Assembly (NCBI GenBank): GCA_965248055.1
Contig: CBDFIJ010000004.1
Coordinates: 2,752,001-2,816,000, forward strand
DNA: 64,000 bases
Origin: Candidatus Multivoradales bacterium
GTDB taxonomy: Bacteria > Acidobacteriota > Thermoanaerobaculia > Multivoradales > JAHEKO01
Direction of reading: 5' to 3'
Shown here: positions 49,212-59,632 of the stretch, piece after piece
Layout of the letters: each line of letters starts with the position of its first letter
How positions within the stretch are numbered: the stretch's first letter is position 1
Made by a program: the position numbers and the translations under genes
The notes under the pieces: generated by a model
The model's input: only the letters and a program-made list of their open reading frames with translations
Databases searched by the model: none
What the model was told of the DNA's origin: nothing

Positions 49212-51106
49212 TGGGCCAACGCAGCCGGTTCAAGGTCGGTATCCAAGAGCGATGATTCCGGGACTACCTCGGCCAAAGCCGCCCGCAGGACCTCCGATGA
49301 GGCGGTCTCAGAAAGATCTTTGAGTTGTTCAAAACGTTCGAAAAACCAATCTGCGTCCACTGGCTCAATACGTCCGTTGGAGATTTTTGGATGGAGGGTC
49401 CTTTCCATCTGTTCCCCGGCAAGGGAGAGCTCCTCTTCCAGTTTTTCGCCCGCCCGTAGCCCGGTGAACTCGATCGCAATGTCGTGATGTGGTTTCAATC
49501 CGGACAAGCGGATCATGTCTTCAGCGAGATCGACAATGCGCACCGGATTTCCCATGTCGAGAATCAAGATCTGCCCTGACTCACCGATGGCCCCGGCCTG
49601 CAGCACCAGTTGCGCGGCTTCGCTTGGGGTCATGAAGTACCGCTCAACCTCTGGGTGCGTAACCGTGACTGGGCCGCCCTGGTCGATTTGCTGGCGAAAA
49701 ATGGGAACCACCGATCCCGTCGATCCGAGCACATTGCCGAAACGAACCGCGACGAATCGAGTCGCTACGGTTTGAGCGTATGCCTGGATGGTCAATTCCG
49801 CCACCCGCTTGGTAGCTCCCATGATCGACGTCGGGCGTACCGCCTTGTCGGTGGAGATCAAGACGAAGGCAGCGACCTCGGCTTCGGCGCAACACTGGGC
49901 CAAGGACGCGGTGCCCAAGACATTGTTGCGGACCGCCTCGCGTACGTTCTCTTCCATCAGCGAAACATGCTTATACGCTGCAGCGTGAAAGACCACCTGA
50001 GGCCGGTGTTCGGCGAGAACCGAGCTAATCCGCGCCCGATCCCCAGAGTCGGCGATCACCGAGACCACCATCGGGCTATCCCTGAGTTCCCGATCGATCT
50101 CAAACAGAGCGGCTTCTGATCGCTCAACCAGGATCAGTTTTTCTGGCGAGTAGCCGAGCACTTGGCGCGCCAATTCGCTGCCAATCGAACCGCCACCACC
50201 GGTAACCAATACCACTTTGCCCTGTAAGAAATCCTGCAAAGACTTACTGTCGAGAGCGACTTGTTGGCGTCCTAGCAAGTCTTCAATGGCGATGTCTCGC
50301 ATCCGCCGGATTTCAACTTTGCCGCCAATGACTTCATGGAGACCTGGAATCACCAAAGCGCGAATCGGAATCGCCTCGCAAATACCGGCGATCCGGCGCA
50401 TATCTGCCGGTTCGGCGTCGCCAAGGGTGACGATCACCTGTTCAATGCCGAGTTGCGGCACCAATTCGGCCAAGTCTTGGGTGGTGCCGATGACCGGGAT
50501 CCCGTGTATCCGGCTCCCTTGCTTGACCGAGTCATCGTCGACGAACCCCTCGATCACGATCCCCATCTCGGGATGGCGGTGGATCTCCCGCGCAGTCGCA
50601 ACGCCGGCCGAGCCGGCTCCGATCAGCAGAGCGCTGCCTGGGGCTTGCTCTGGAGAGCGTCGTCTACGTTGGATGCGTTCGAAATCGAGTCGTCGCGAAA
50701 CCCGCAGGGCCAACACCCCACCGTAGGCCAGGGCAGTGTCAAAAAGAATCACCGAAAAAGGTGTCTTCCATGTCGCCAACGAATCCGGGAGACCAAAGCG
50801 AACGGCGACCAAAACCACCATCGAAATCAACGCGGCTTTGGCGAAGGCCGTGATTTCGGCCAGACCGATATACCGCCAAACAAAGGAATTCACTCCCAAA
50901 AAATGCAGCGTCGTTAGTTGCAGTGCGACCACAAGCGGCAGTTGCACGAGCAGCGCAGTGCGTTCGGCTTCGGGCAGCAAGAACTCGAAGCGCAATAGGT
51001 AGGCGACGACCAGAGCCAAAGTCAAACAACCGAGATCCAGAAGGAACTGGATACTTCGCGAGTATCGGTCGACGAGGCGCCGCCATGAAAAAGAGTGATC
51101 GGACAT
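49208..51106 (-). CDS. UDP-GlcNAc 4,6-dehydratase (CapD/PglF/WbpM family)
   Basis: 4 N-terminal TMs; IEDLLGR, VTGGGGSIGSEL, HAAAYKHV.LME, ISTDKAV.PT.IMGATKR, VRFGNVLGS.GSV.P. Confidence 0.95.
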   Translation of the reverse strand: MSDHSFSWRRLVDRYSRSIQFLLDLGCLTLALVVAYLLRFEFLLPEAERTALLVQLPLVVALQLTTLHFLGVNSFVWRYIGLAEITAFAKAALISMVVLVAVRFGLPDSLATWKTPFSVILFDTALAYGGVLALRVSRRLDFERIQRRRRSPEQAPGSALLIGAGSAGVATAREIHRHPEMGIVIEGFVDDDSVKQGSRIHGIPVIGTTQDLAELVPQLGIEQVIVTLGDAEPADMRRIAGICEAIPIRALVIPGLHEVIGGKVEIRRMRDIAIEDLLGRQQVALDSKSLQDFLQGKVVLVTGGGGSIGSELARQVLGYSPEKLILVERSEAALFEIDRELRDSPMVVSVIADSGDRARISSVLAEHRPQVVFHAAAYKHVSLMEENVREAVRNNVLGTASLAQCCAEAEVAAFVLISTDKAVRPTSIMGATKRVAELTIQAYAQTVATRFVAVRFGNVLGSTGSVVPIFRQQIDQGGPVTVTHPEVERYFMTPSEAAQLVLQAGAIGESGQILILDMGNPVRIVDLAEDMIRLSGLKPHHDIAIEFTGLRAGEKLEEELSLAGEQMERTLHPKISNGRIEPVDADWFFERFEQLKDLSETASSEVLRAALAEVVPESSLLDTDLEPAALAQ

Positions 51107-51108
51107 GG

Positions 51109-51717
51109 TCAGTTTTTCTTAACCCCAAAGATTCGCCACAGCGTAGCGACCAGGACTTTGCAATCGGTCCACCAACTACGTTGCCGCAGATAGCGGACAT
51201 AGCCATTAAGTTTATCCGGCAGAACGACTTGGCGGTAGTACCGTTCTCGGTCTCCAGCATGATTGGCGAGGATTTCTTCCTCGTGGCGATAGACGAGCGT
51301 GGTCGGGTCGGTGATTCCAGGGGCAACGCGCAGAGTCTCCTGCCACTTCGGGCTGTCAAGATCCACATATTCCCGCACCTCTGGACGCGGCCCGACCAGC
51401 GACATAGTGCCGTTGACCACATTCCACAGTTCGGGCAGTTCGTCCAATTTGGTTTTTCTCAACCATCTGCCGATCGTGGTGATCCTGGGATCTCCCGCGG
51501 CGGTCACCGCTGAGCCAGTCGCGTCCGGTTTCATGGAGCGAAACTTGAGCAGAACAAACTCCTCACCTTGGCGCCCGACTCGGAGTTGTCGAAACAGCGC
51601 GGGTCCTCGAGAGCCGATACGGATCGCTAACGCGATACCAGCCAACAACGGACTGAGTACGATAAGCCCGACTGCCGCCAGCGAAACCTCTACCCATCGC
51701 GGCAGACCTTCTGGCAT
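51109..51717 (-). CDS. Initiating phosphoglycosyl transferase (PglC-like sugar transferase)
   Basis: FRQ.RVG..G..F..LKFRSM, DPRIT.IG.WLR.TKLDELP.L.NV..G.MSLVGPRPE. Confidence 0.93.
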   Translation of the reverse strand: MPEGLPRWVEVSLAAVGLIVLSPLLAGIALAIRIGSRGPALFRQLRVGRQGEEFVLLKFRSMKPDATGSAVTAAGDPRITTIGRWLRKTKLDELPELWNVVNGTMSLVGPRPEVREYVDLDSPKWQETLRVAPGITDPTTLVYRHEEEILANHAGDRERYYRQVVLPDKLNGYVRYLRQRSWWTDCKVLVATLWRIFGVKKN

Positions 51718-51731
51718 TTTCTTCACTTGAG

Positions 51732-52931
51732 TCAACGACGGTGGTCCTTGCAAGTACGCCGAAGGGTAGCTATCACGTACTCTTGCTCAGAGCCGGTCAT
51801 TGAGGGAAACAGTGGCAGGGTGATAATTTTCCGCCATACCGCATCCGCAGTGGGGCAGGAATTCAATTGGTCAGGGAAAGTCTCGCGGTAGTAGGGATGC
51901 AGGTGGAGAGGTCTCCAGTGGACGCTGGTGCCTATTCCGGCCTCGCCGAGCTGCTCAATCAATTGATCGCGGTTGATCGTCAGTTGATCGAGTTGGATGC
52001 GAATCGGAAAGATGTGCCAGGAGTGGAGGTTCTGGTCGTTGCAAGGAGGGAGCGACACGGCAGCGAGATCCGCCAGTTCTTGCCGATACTGCATCGCCAG
52101 CCGTTCACGGTCCGCGCGCAATGCTTCCGCGCGCTGAAGTTGCCTGACTCCCAAAGCGGCGGCGATATCGGTCAGGTTGTACTTAAATCCGGGGGCTAAG
52201 ATCTTGTAGTTCCAGCTACCGCCTTCGTGAAACCTCTTCCACGCGTCGTTACTCAGCCCGTGCAGCGACATCAAACGTATGCGTTCGGCGATCTTCGGGT
52301 CGTTGGTGACCGCCATCCCTCCCTCGCCGGTGGTGATGGTCTTGTTGGCGTAGAAGGAATAGCAGGTGACCTCGGAAGGCCCAGAACCACAAGTCTGCCA
52401 GGGCTGCTCTGCAGAAGGGCGCCAAGCGGCCGGAAAGGCGTGGGCCGCATCTTCCACACTCCAAATATGGTGCTGTTGGCGAAACTGGGCAAGCCGCTCC
52501 AAGTCAACAACCAACCCGGCGACGTGCACCGGAATGATGCCGACCACTTTGGCCCCAGATGCGTTGGTCGCTGCGAGCTTGCGCTCAGCGTCGTCCCAGT
52601 CCAGATTCAGCGTCCTTGGATCGCAGTCGACAAAGATGGGAACTCCACCCATATAGCGCACCACTTCTGCGGTGGCGGCAAAGGTCATGGTGGGTACCAA
52701 GACCGCGCCGCCCCGCTGGAGGCCGAGCGCCTCTACTGCCAAGTGGAGCGCAGCAGTGCAGGAGTTCAAGGCGATGGCGTGGTCAGCACCCACCGCCGCA
52801 GCAAACTGGGTTTCAAACCGGTGACAGACTTCTCCGGTGGTTAACCAACCAGAACGCAGAACTTCCGCGACTGCCTCAATTTCTTCGGGCTCCAAGCCCA
52901 CACGATAGAAAGGAACCTTCATCACTCTCAT
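51732..52931 (-). CDS. DegT/DnrJ/EryC1/StrS sugar aminotransferase (PglE-like)
   Basis: SGWLTTG, NSCTAALHL, EDAAHA, SFYANKTITTGEGG, GFKYN.TD..AA.G. Confidence 0.95.
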   Translation of the reverse strand: MRVMKVPFYRVGLEPEEIEAVAEVLRSGWLTTGEVCHRFETQFAAAVGADHAIALNSCTAALHLAVEALGLQRGGAVLVPTMTFAATAEVVRYMGGVPIFVDCDPRTLNLDWDDAERKLAATNASGAKVVGIIPVHVAGLVVDLERLAQFRQQHHIWSVEDAAHAFPAAWRPSAEQPWQTCGSGPSEVTCYSFYANKTITTGEGGMAVTNDPKIAERIRLMSLHGLSNDAWKRFHEGGSWNYKILAPGFKYNLTDIAAALGVRQLQRAEALRADRERLAMQYRQELADLAAVSLPPCNDQNLHSWHIFPIRIQLDQLTINRDQLIEQLGEAGIGTSVHWRPLHLHPYYRETFPDQLNSCPTADAVWRKIITLPLFPSMTGSEQEYVIATLRRTCKDHRR

Positions 52932-52942
52932 CTGACCGCAGG

Positions 52943-53638
52943 CTACTGAGGTTTCTTGGCGACTGCAACGAAGTGTGAGCGCAACGGCGGTAGCCTCACC
53001 AGCAGCTCTGCCAACCGGGACATTCTTGGGACCAACCTGCGAGCGATCGGTGGAAGAAGGGTGGTCGTTTGGCTGGTCAGTGTGAACTCAGAGAATAAGC
53101 CTTGAAGCTCTCCTACGGTCACCGGGCGTACCGTGGCATTGCCCGGGCTTGGGTAGCGAAAGTCGTAGCAAATAACCACGCCACCCGGTTTCATGACCCG
53201 AACGATTTCACGACCTATTTCAGCTCGATCGTTTTCCGGCAAAACTGAACTCAAAACAGTGGACACAACTACCAAGTCGAACTCCTCATCAGAGCACGGT
53301 AGGCTGGTGGCGTCTGCGCTACCGAGGCTCACGCTTGCAAAGCGTTTCCTGGCCTGGACTAGAGAATTGGCATCTAGGTCGATTCCGCAAATCGATTGCG
53401 GGCTAACCCCCCAGTTGAGGAGCTGTTGAATCCAAGTTCCTGACCCGCAGCCGACATCCAAAGCCGCCGTTTTGGCATCAGGCACGAACTTGATGGTTTG
53501 AAACAAAGCCTCTGCGACGGACACCCGCTGCTCGCGAAACCACAGTTCGCACGGGTCCTGCTCCGAGTACAGCGTATTGAGCTGTATTCGGCGTCGGTGG
53601 TTTTCCTGGCGGATGCGTTGGTGATCAGCTCGCGGCAT
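52943..53638 (-). CDS. Class I SAM-dependent methyltransferase
   Basis: LDVGCGSG, GIDL, FDLV...TVLSSV, RVMKPGG....YDFR..SP.N. Confidence 0.88.
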   Translation of the reverse strand: MPRADHQRIRQENHRRRIQLNTLYSEQDPCELWFREQRVSVAEALFQTIKFVPDAKTAALDVGCGSGTWIQQLLNWGVSPQSICGIDLDANSLVQARKRFASVSLGSADATSLPCSDEEFDLVVVSTVLSSVLPENDRAEIGREIVRVMKPGGVVICYDFRYPSPGNATVRPVTVGELQGLFSEFTLTSQTTTLLPPIARRLVPRMSRLAELLVRLPPLRSHFVAVAKKPQ

Positions 53639-54641
53639 GGGAGAAAGGGATCTTGACCAAGAACTTCCAGATTCCAGCCCAGGTTCCCAGGCCATACGAA
53701 GTGTGCAATGTCCAATAGGCAAGAGGCAGTAATAGGCGAGCCTTTGGATCGAGAGAGGGGTGAGACACGGTGGCGGCGAGCGTGGTGATCGCGTAAGCGC
53801 CCACTAGGATCGCCAAGGGTATCCACGACCAAGAAGTGACGCCCAAGGTGGCTACCAAAGCAGCGAGCCAAACCGCGGGAATGAAGTGTCGCAGTCGGGC
53901 TTGTTGAAGATGCTTCTGCATCACCTTCACCTTCCAGTATCCGTACTGGAAGTACTGGCTCCAGGCACCCTGTAAGGTCGGTCGGCTGTGGTAAACGGTG
54001 GCCATTTCGGGAAGTAGAAGGATGCGCATACCCGCCTTACGCATTCGCGAATTGTGCTCATCGTCCTGATTGCGCACTAGAGACTCGTCAAACAACCCCA
54101 CCTTATGCAGTGTTTCTCGCGTCCAAGCGGGGAAGGGAACGGTGTCGACGTATGCCCATTGATCAGAGGTCCGAAAGGACGAACCTCCAACTCCGAAACG
54201 GGAGCTCATTGCGGCTGCGATGGCACGTCCAATGACTCCCTTGCCGACGGTGGTGATCGGCCCACCAACGCAGTCAGCATTCCCCGACTGCAGAGCATCG
54301 ACCGCCGCCGCTAGGTGTTGAGGGCCGACTTCGCAGTGGCCGTCGACCCGAGCCAAGATTGAGCCCTTGGCTTCAGCGATCCCTAGGTTGAGAGCTGCCG
54401 CAGCGGTCTGCTTTGGGTTGCTGTGAATGGATAGGGCGATATCCGGATGCCGACTCTGCCATTCCTCGGCAATGGCCACAGTTCGGTCATCGGACAAGCC
54501 ATCCAAAAGAAGAATTTCAAAGTGGGGGGCAGGGTAGATCTGAGTACCCAAGCCGTCGAGCGTCGTTTCGATGAACACCTGTTCGTTGCGGCAGGGAATA
54601 AGCACCGAAACCAGCGGATACTCTATGTTCGGAGCGTTCAT
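53625..54641 (-). CDS. Glycosyltransferase family 2 (ExoA-like)
   Basis: IPCRNE, DG.SDD.T, RVDGH, VDTVPF, FDE.L.RNQD.E.N.R, QYF.YG.WK. Confidence 0.92.
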   Translation of the reverse strand: MNAPNIEYPLVSVLIPCRNEQVFIETTLDGLGTQIYPAPHFEILLLDGLSDDRTVAIAEEWQSRHPDIALSIHSNPKQTAAAALNLGIAEAKGSILARVDGHCEVGPQHLAAAVDALQSGNADCVGGPITTVGKGVIGRAIAAAMSSRFGVGGSSFRTSDQWAYVDTVPFPAWTRETLHKVGLFDESLVRNQDDEHNSRMRKAGMRILLLPEMATVYHSRPTLQGAWSQYFQYGYWKVKVMQKHLQQARLRHFIPAVWLAALVATLGVTSWSWIPLAILVGAYAITTLAATVSHPSLDPKARLLLPLAYWTLHTSYGLGTWAGIWKFLVKIPFSHAAS

Positions 54642-56098
54642 GATGAGGCCTCGGTCTGGTTTCGATCGAGCCTTGAAATGACCCCGCGAACTTTACCTCC
54701 GGCTCCCGTTAGCAGTGCGTCTACCGCCTCCACCGTGACTTCCATCGGCCCCACCCGGTCGGCGATGTTTTGCCGTAGTTGCGGTTCCACCTCTTCGATC
54801 TTAATTCCGTCGGCCAAGACCACTCGAACCGCAAGTTGTTCGGTGTTGCGTTGAATGACCTGACCGGCGACCACCGGCAGACCATAGTAAATGGCGTGGA
54901 ATCGCGTCACCGAACGCCCGTCTGGGGTGATCACTGCATCTTCAATCCGGCCAGTAATCTCGCGGACAACGCGCAGGGACCGGCCACAAGAACAGCTTTC
55001 ACTGGGATCGTCCAGAACGCCTAGATCCCCTACCTCGTAGCGAATCAAGGGCATTACAGGGTTGAGCAGTCCGGTGACCACCAAGCGCCCAACCTCAGAT
55101 CGATCGGCGGGTCGATCTTGATCCAAACTGAGGTGCTCGAGATGACCAGCATCGTGCCACCAATGCAGGCGTCCGTGGTTACATTCACTAGCCGCTGCCA
55201 CCATTTCTGCCATGCCGTAGGTTTCTTTGACCGGACATCCCAGTCCCTCTTCGATCAGCTTTCGCTGCTCGGCTGTGATGGGTTCCGCGTTGGTGATGGC
55301 GCATGCCAACGGCGGTATGTCACAACCCAGCCGGCGCGTGCGAACGGCCAGGTCCACTAGCGCAGAGGTATATCCATAGAGGTAATGAATCCTGTGGTCT
55401 TGGAGTGCTTTGAGGTAGCTGGCCGTGGTGTCGTCGGTCAGGTGGTAGACCGACATATAGAGTTGGTGGAGTCCGGAATTCCATACCCAAAACGGTGGCT
55501 TGGATCTTTTGGGATCGGTGACTTGCTGCCCACCGAAGATCGCCCAACTCTGATTTCGGTCGAGGCCATACCAATGGCGCCACCGCGCCTCAGCCAGTCC
55601 ATACCAAGCTCGGACAGTGTCGCGGCTGGCGAACATCGTCAGTGGGGTTCCGGAAGACCCACTGGTGGTCCAGGAGAGCAGCTTTGAGCGCGCGATCGAT
55701 GGATCGAGAAACTGGGATGGATTTGCGCGTACTGTCGTTCGTTGTAAGACCGGCCATTGATCCAGGTTCAGAACCCGAGGATTGTTGCTGGTACCGCCGT
55801 GTTGATCCCAGTAATTAGAGTAGTAGGGGATCTTGATTGCGGCATTTTGCAACACGGTTTCCAGAGTCTGCTGTTGCCATTCTTGCCAACGGCTGCGGCC
55901 CCAGGTCTCTCGCTCGATAGCCTGGCTGACCATTTTGGGTGTGTCGGCGCTGTAGCGCCGAGCGGACAGCCGACGACCATGCAGCGATGCGGCTACCACC
56001 TTCAGCGGATAGGGCGCGCGCAGGTATAGTCGTTGGGTGGTCGCAGGCACGGTTGAGATCAGGTTCTCTTGGTATGGCGTGCGATCAACTCGACCCAT
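54638..56098 (-). CDS. Phenylacetate-CoA ligase-like adenylate-forming protein (CapK-like); start uncertain
   Basis: TTSGSSGTP, ETYGMAE, LVVTGL.N..MPLIRYEVGD, GR.ED, GK.R.V.S. Confidence 0.88.
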   Translation of the reverse strand: MGRVDRTPYQENLISTVPATTQRLYLRAPYPLKVVAASLHGRRLSARRYSADTPKMVSQAIERETWGRSRWQEWQQQTLETVLQNAAIKIPYYSNYWDQHGGTSNNPRVLNLDQWPVLQRTTVRANPSQFLDPSIARSKLLSWTTSGSSGTPLTMFASRDTVRAWYGLAEARWRHWYGLDRNQSWAIFGGQQVTDPKRSKPPFWVWNSGLHQLYMSVYHLTDDTTASYLKALQDHRIHYLYGYTSALVDLAVRTRRLGCDIPPLACAITNAEPITAEQRKLIEEGLGCPVKETYGMAEMVAAASECNHGRLHWWHDAGHLEHLSLDQDRPADRSEVGRLVVTGLLNPVMPLIRYEVGDLGVLDDPSESCSCGRSLRVVREITGRIEDAVITPDGRSVTRFHAIYYGLPVVAGQVIQRNTEQLAVRVVLADGIKIEEVEPQLRQNIADRVGPMEVTVEAVDALLTGAGGKVRGVISRLDRNQTEASS

Positions 56099-57102
56099 CT
56101 CTGGGCCACTACGTTGCAGTCGGATTGCTCGGCGAGGCTACGGGCTCGATGGACTATTTTGCGGGATAAACCGGGGTCGTCCAAGAGTCGGGCCAGCGCT
56201 TTTGCCGAAGCTTCGGCATCTCGAACCGGAACTAGCAGGGCAGTCTCTTCATCGGAGACCAGATCCGGAACCCCACCGGCGTTGGTGGCGACGATCGGCA
56301 TGCCGCAAGCTGCGGCCTCAAGGACTGTGATCGGCGCGTTGTCCACCGAATTGGTGTGCAGGTAGATATCGTGTTGTTCAAAGACTGCGGTTTTCAGTTC
56401 GCCGGTCAGAAAGCCAGGAAATTCCACGGCATCGGCGATACCCAGAGACCGGGCGAGAGTTATTATCGAATCGAGCATGCCGCGATCCTGTCCGGCCATA
56501 GTCAGGCGAGCATCGGGATGACTCTTGCGCAGAATGGCGAAAGCTTCCAGCGCAACTTGGGGTTCATAGATGGGGTGAAAGGTGCGCATCCAAAGAATCC
56601 GTGGGCGCAACGGAACGCGGTTTCGAAACCGGTATTTGCTCAGGTCGAGTGGATTGGCGATGACTGTCGGCTTGAATCCAGCGCTGGCCAACGAGCTGGC
56701 CAAGAATGAAGTAGGAACTACGTGGGCGATTGCCCGATCCATGACTGCTCGAAAACGCTTTGGGTGATTGGCCAGGGTCGCCGGAAGATCGCCCCCGTGC
56801 AGCCAGTAAATTACTGGGATACCTAAAGATCTTGCCCAGCTACTGGTCAAGTTAGCCAACCGAAATGCTTGGCCGCTGTAAACCAAGATCACCGCGGCAT
56901 CGAGCGAGCGCCGGCCAGACCAAAGAGCTAGGCACATCTCCAATGCACGCCGCAGTCCGCCGATTGCCGAGCACGAGAGTCGCACCTCGACTGGAAGGTG
57001 CTTCAATTTCGCGGCTAGGACTTCGGCTGGGTTGGGTACCCAGCCCGAATGGCGACCCAACATCGGACCCAAGAACAGCACCTGAGATTTCTGGGGCGAC
57101 AT
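56059..57102 (-). CDS. Glycosyltransferase family 4
   Basis: LHGG, WMR.FHPIY.P, DN.P..VLEA.ACG.PIVATN.GG.PDL. Confidence 0.9.
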   Translation of the reverse strand: MSPQKSQVLFLGPMLGRHSGWVPNPAEVLAAKLKHLPVEVRLSCSAIGGLRRALEMCLALWSGRRSLDAAVILVYSGQAFRLANLTSSWARSLGIPVIYWLHGGDLPATLANHPKRFRAVMDRAIAHVVPTSFLASSLASAGFKPTVIANPLDLSKYRFRNRVPLRPRILWMRTFHPIYEPQVALEAFAILRKSHPDARLTMAGQDRGMLDSIITLARSLGIADAVEFPGFLTGELKTAVFEQHDIYLHTNSVDNAPITVLEAAACGMPIVATNAGGVPDLVSDEETALLVPVRDAEASAKALARLLDDPGLSRKIVHRARSLAEQSDCNVVAQRWVELIARHTKRT

Positions 57103-58469
57103 TACTCAGGTGGTGAGGAGGTGGTTGAACTCGACCAGGAAAATGCAGCGATTGCAAAGGCCATCGGAATGAGCGCGATACGGGTCGCGGCATGGCTCAT
57201 CGCCAAGATCGACCAAGCCATCCAACAGGCAGTGAATCCCTTGGCTTGGGCAGAGGGTGCACTGCGATACAGAGATATCATCAGCGAACCGAGTGCCAAC
57301 AACGCGATCACGCCAAACACTCCGTGCTCCGCCAAAAGCCTGGTGTACTCGGTATGGGCCGCCACACCACGCATCACCGGTCGGTGTCGGGGTGATAGTC
57401 CTGGGCCGACCCCGGCGAGGAAATTGTCGGCAAAAACTTCCATATCAGCACGGATGATTCCCACCCTCCCGGTCGATTCCATTGAAGCGTAACGTTGTGC
57501 CAAACTGCTATCGGTCCAGGTGTTGAGTCGCGGCAGGACGACCGCCATCCCAATTCCAACCACGCAAGTAAGAGCCAACAGCGTTCCACGAATCCGGCGA
57601 TCTCGAATTAGGTGAATACCTAGGATCGCCAATGCTAAGAATGCGGTCAGCGGTCCGCCACGGGAAAAGGTGAAGATCGATTGAGCAAACAGCACAAGGG
57701 CGACTCCACCGCTCAACAGCATCAGTGTTCGATTCTGCGAGGTGAAGGTAAGGATGGCTCCCGCGATCGCTCCGGCTCCCAAAATTAGCGAGACCTGGTT
57801 GGGTCCGTATCCGCCGCTCAACAGGTGACTGGAATGGACTGAAAAAGTGATCGTGTCGGCCGATGCGATTCCTTGGACTACGGTTGCCCAAATCGCAACT
57901 GCAGGAAGCAAGATGGCGAGCATCAGCGACCTGGGTTCAATCTCCCGTCGCTGGATGCCATTTGCTGCAATCACCCCCAGGCCCAGTGCAACTGGGCCGG
58001 AGAGACTGAACGACAAAGTTTCGCGTGCCAATTGCGTCACTCCGAGAGCGGATACCGTGAGTGGAATCGACACCGCGAGTGCGAGCAGATAGAGCATCGC
58101 CATCCCGGACGTAGCCCAGCTCTTGCGCTGGTGGGTACGGAGGATGATCAGTAGGGATATAAGAATGAGTACGTACTTGGAGTATTCCCATAAGGGGCTT
58201 GAGCCGGTCATTCGCCAAAGCACATCACTCGCAGATGCATAGGCCGCCACCGATAGTAGACGGCCGTTGTGACGGGACTGCAACGCCCACGGAATCGCTA
58301 GCACCAGGGTGCTCAGCGCATGAATTCTCCCCAAGATCGCGAACGAGCTGATCAACAGGCCCAGCACCACATGCAGGGATGCCCAAGTGATCAGATGAAC
58401 GGCGGGTGATTGGATGCCTAGTCCGATTTTGGCGGGGCGTGGAACGGATGGAGCTACAGGTTGCGTCAT
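57102..58469 (-). CDS. O-antigen ligase / Wzy-type polymerase family protein
   Basis: About 11 TMs; GPNQ.S, TFSRGG, TGR, GVG.G, AHTEYTRLLAEHG.FG. Confidence 0.85.
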   Translation of the reverse strand: MTQPVAPSVPRPAKIGLGIQSPAVHLITWASLHVVLGLLISSFAILGRIHALSTLVLAIPWALQSRHNGRLLSVAAYASASDVLWRMTGSSPLWEYSKYVLILISLLIILRTHQRKSWATSGMAMLYLLALAVSIPLTVSALGVTQLARETLSFSLSGPVALGLGVIAANGIQRREIEPRSLMLAILLPAVAIWATVVQGIASADTITFSVHSSHLLSGGYGPNQVSLILGAGAIAGAILTFTSQNRTLMLLSGGVALVLFAQSIFTFSRGGPLTAFLALAILGIHLIRDRRIRGTLLALTCVVGIGMAVVLPRLNTWTDSSLAQRYASMESTGRVGIIRADMEVFADNFLAGVGPGLSPRHRPVMRGVAAHTEYTRLLAEHGVFGVIALLALGSLMISLYRSAPSAQAKGFTACWMAWSILAMSHAATRIALIPMAFAIAAFSWSSSTTSSPPE

Positions 58470-59632
58470 TGAGTGGAGCCCAGCCAGTGTACGGAAAAGG
58501 CCCGGGCGACCGCAGCTAGGTAGTGATCGTAGCTGAACTTGGGGGAGAGGCCCAGAGACGCATCCCTCGCTGCTGTCCAAGTTTCTGGGCGGTCCAAAAA
58601 TCCACGGATGCAATCTGCGATCAACTCTGCTGTCGGATCTTCAATCGCGACGCCCGCCCCAGATTCGCTCAGAACCGCTGGGATCGACGACACCGCGGAG
58701 CTGATTGGAACTACTCCGTGGGCCATCGCCTCGCTTAGAACCTTGGGCCAACCCTCGGACTCGGAGGGAAGTATCAGAAAGTGGCCCGAGTCGAGATGTT
58801 GGGCCAAAGAGCTTCGAGGAATCCAGCCCAGAAAGCGAACCCAAGGACGTAATGCAGACTCCAAGGTTGTTGTCGCGTGCTGTCGAAGCGAGCCGTCTCC
58901 GATAACGTCTAGGCTGGCCTCGACACCGCCTGACACCAGAATTCGCAGGGAGTCGATTACCAGATGAAGTCCTTTCCCTGGTTCCAGACGAGAAACAAAG
59001 AGCAAGCGGACCGGAGGTTCGAGAGATTTCCCCTGTGCGGTCTTGTCGCCCGAATGGATTTCGTCGGCGGTCAAGGTCGGATTCTCAAAGGCGAGAATAT
59101 GCGGTGGTTGGTCGGGCCATTGGCCATTCACGGTGACCAAGGTGCCGGGCGGTTGGCGCTGTAACAACCACCTTTGCAGACGGTAGGCGAGGGGCTGATT
59201 CCTTGCTGCTCCCCAGTTGCCAGCGTACTTGAACCAGCGAAACTTCGGGTTCTTCCTAAACTTGAGCTGCAAGATCGCCAGCAAAGCGATATTGGCGGGA
59301 CAGCGCACATGAACCGCGTCACAGCGACGAAGTTCACGGGAAATAGCTCTCCCATAGTGGAACCAGTGAACCAGAATGCCGAGTTTGGCGGCCATCCCCG
59401 AGCCGCCCGATGGGGCGACTGGGACCAGAGAAATTGAATCGTTGGTGTACGGCGTGGCAGCGGCGTGCGCCGCCTCACTGTAGAGCGGTGCGATATGGGT
59501 CAACGAGGAAAACAAGGTGGCCAAGTGATCCAATTCACGTACCGTTGGCCCCCAACCAACAACTCCTTCAGGCGACTGATAGTGCGGCGTGTGAGACACC
59601 ACCAACAGGCGCATCTGTTGGGTTTTCGTCAC
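58466..59632 (-). CDS. Glycosyltransferase family 4
   Basis: FVSRL..GKG, LPSESEGWPKV.SEAMA.G; GTG start overlaps the upstream stop. Confidence 0.9.
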   Translation of the reverse strand: MTKTQQMRLLVVSHTPHYQSPEGVVGWGPTVRELDHLATLFSSLTHIAPLYSEAAHAAATPYTNDSISLVPVAPSGGSGMAAKLGILVHWFHYGRAISRELRRCDAVHVRCPANIALLAILQLKFRKNPKFRWFKYAGNWGAARNQPLAYRLQRWLLQRQPPGTLVTVNGQWPDQPPHILAFENPTLTADEIHSGDKTAQGKSLEPPVRLLFVSRLEPGKGLHLVIDSLRILVSGGVEASLDVIGDGSLRQHATTTLESALRPWVRFLGWIPRSSLAQHLDSGHFLILPSESEGWPKVLSEAMAHGVVPISSAVSSIPAVLSESGAGVAIEDPTAELIADCIRGFLDRPETWTAARDASLGLSPKFSYDHYLAAVARAFSVHWLGSTQ

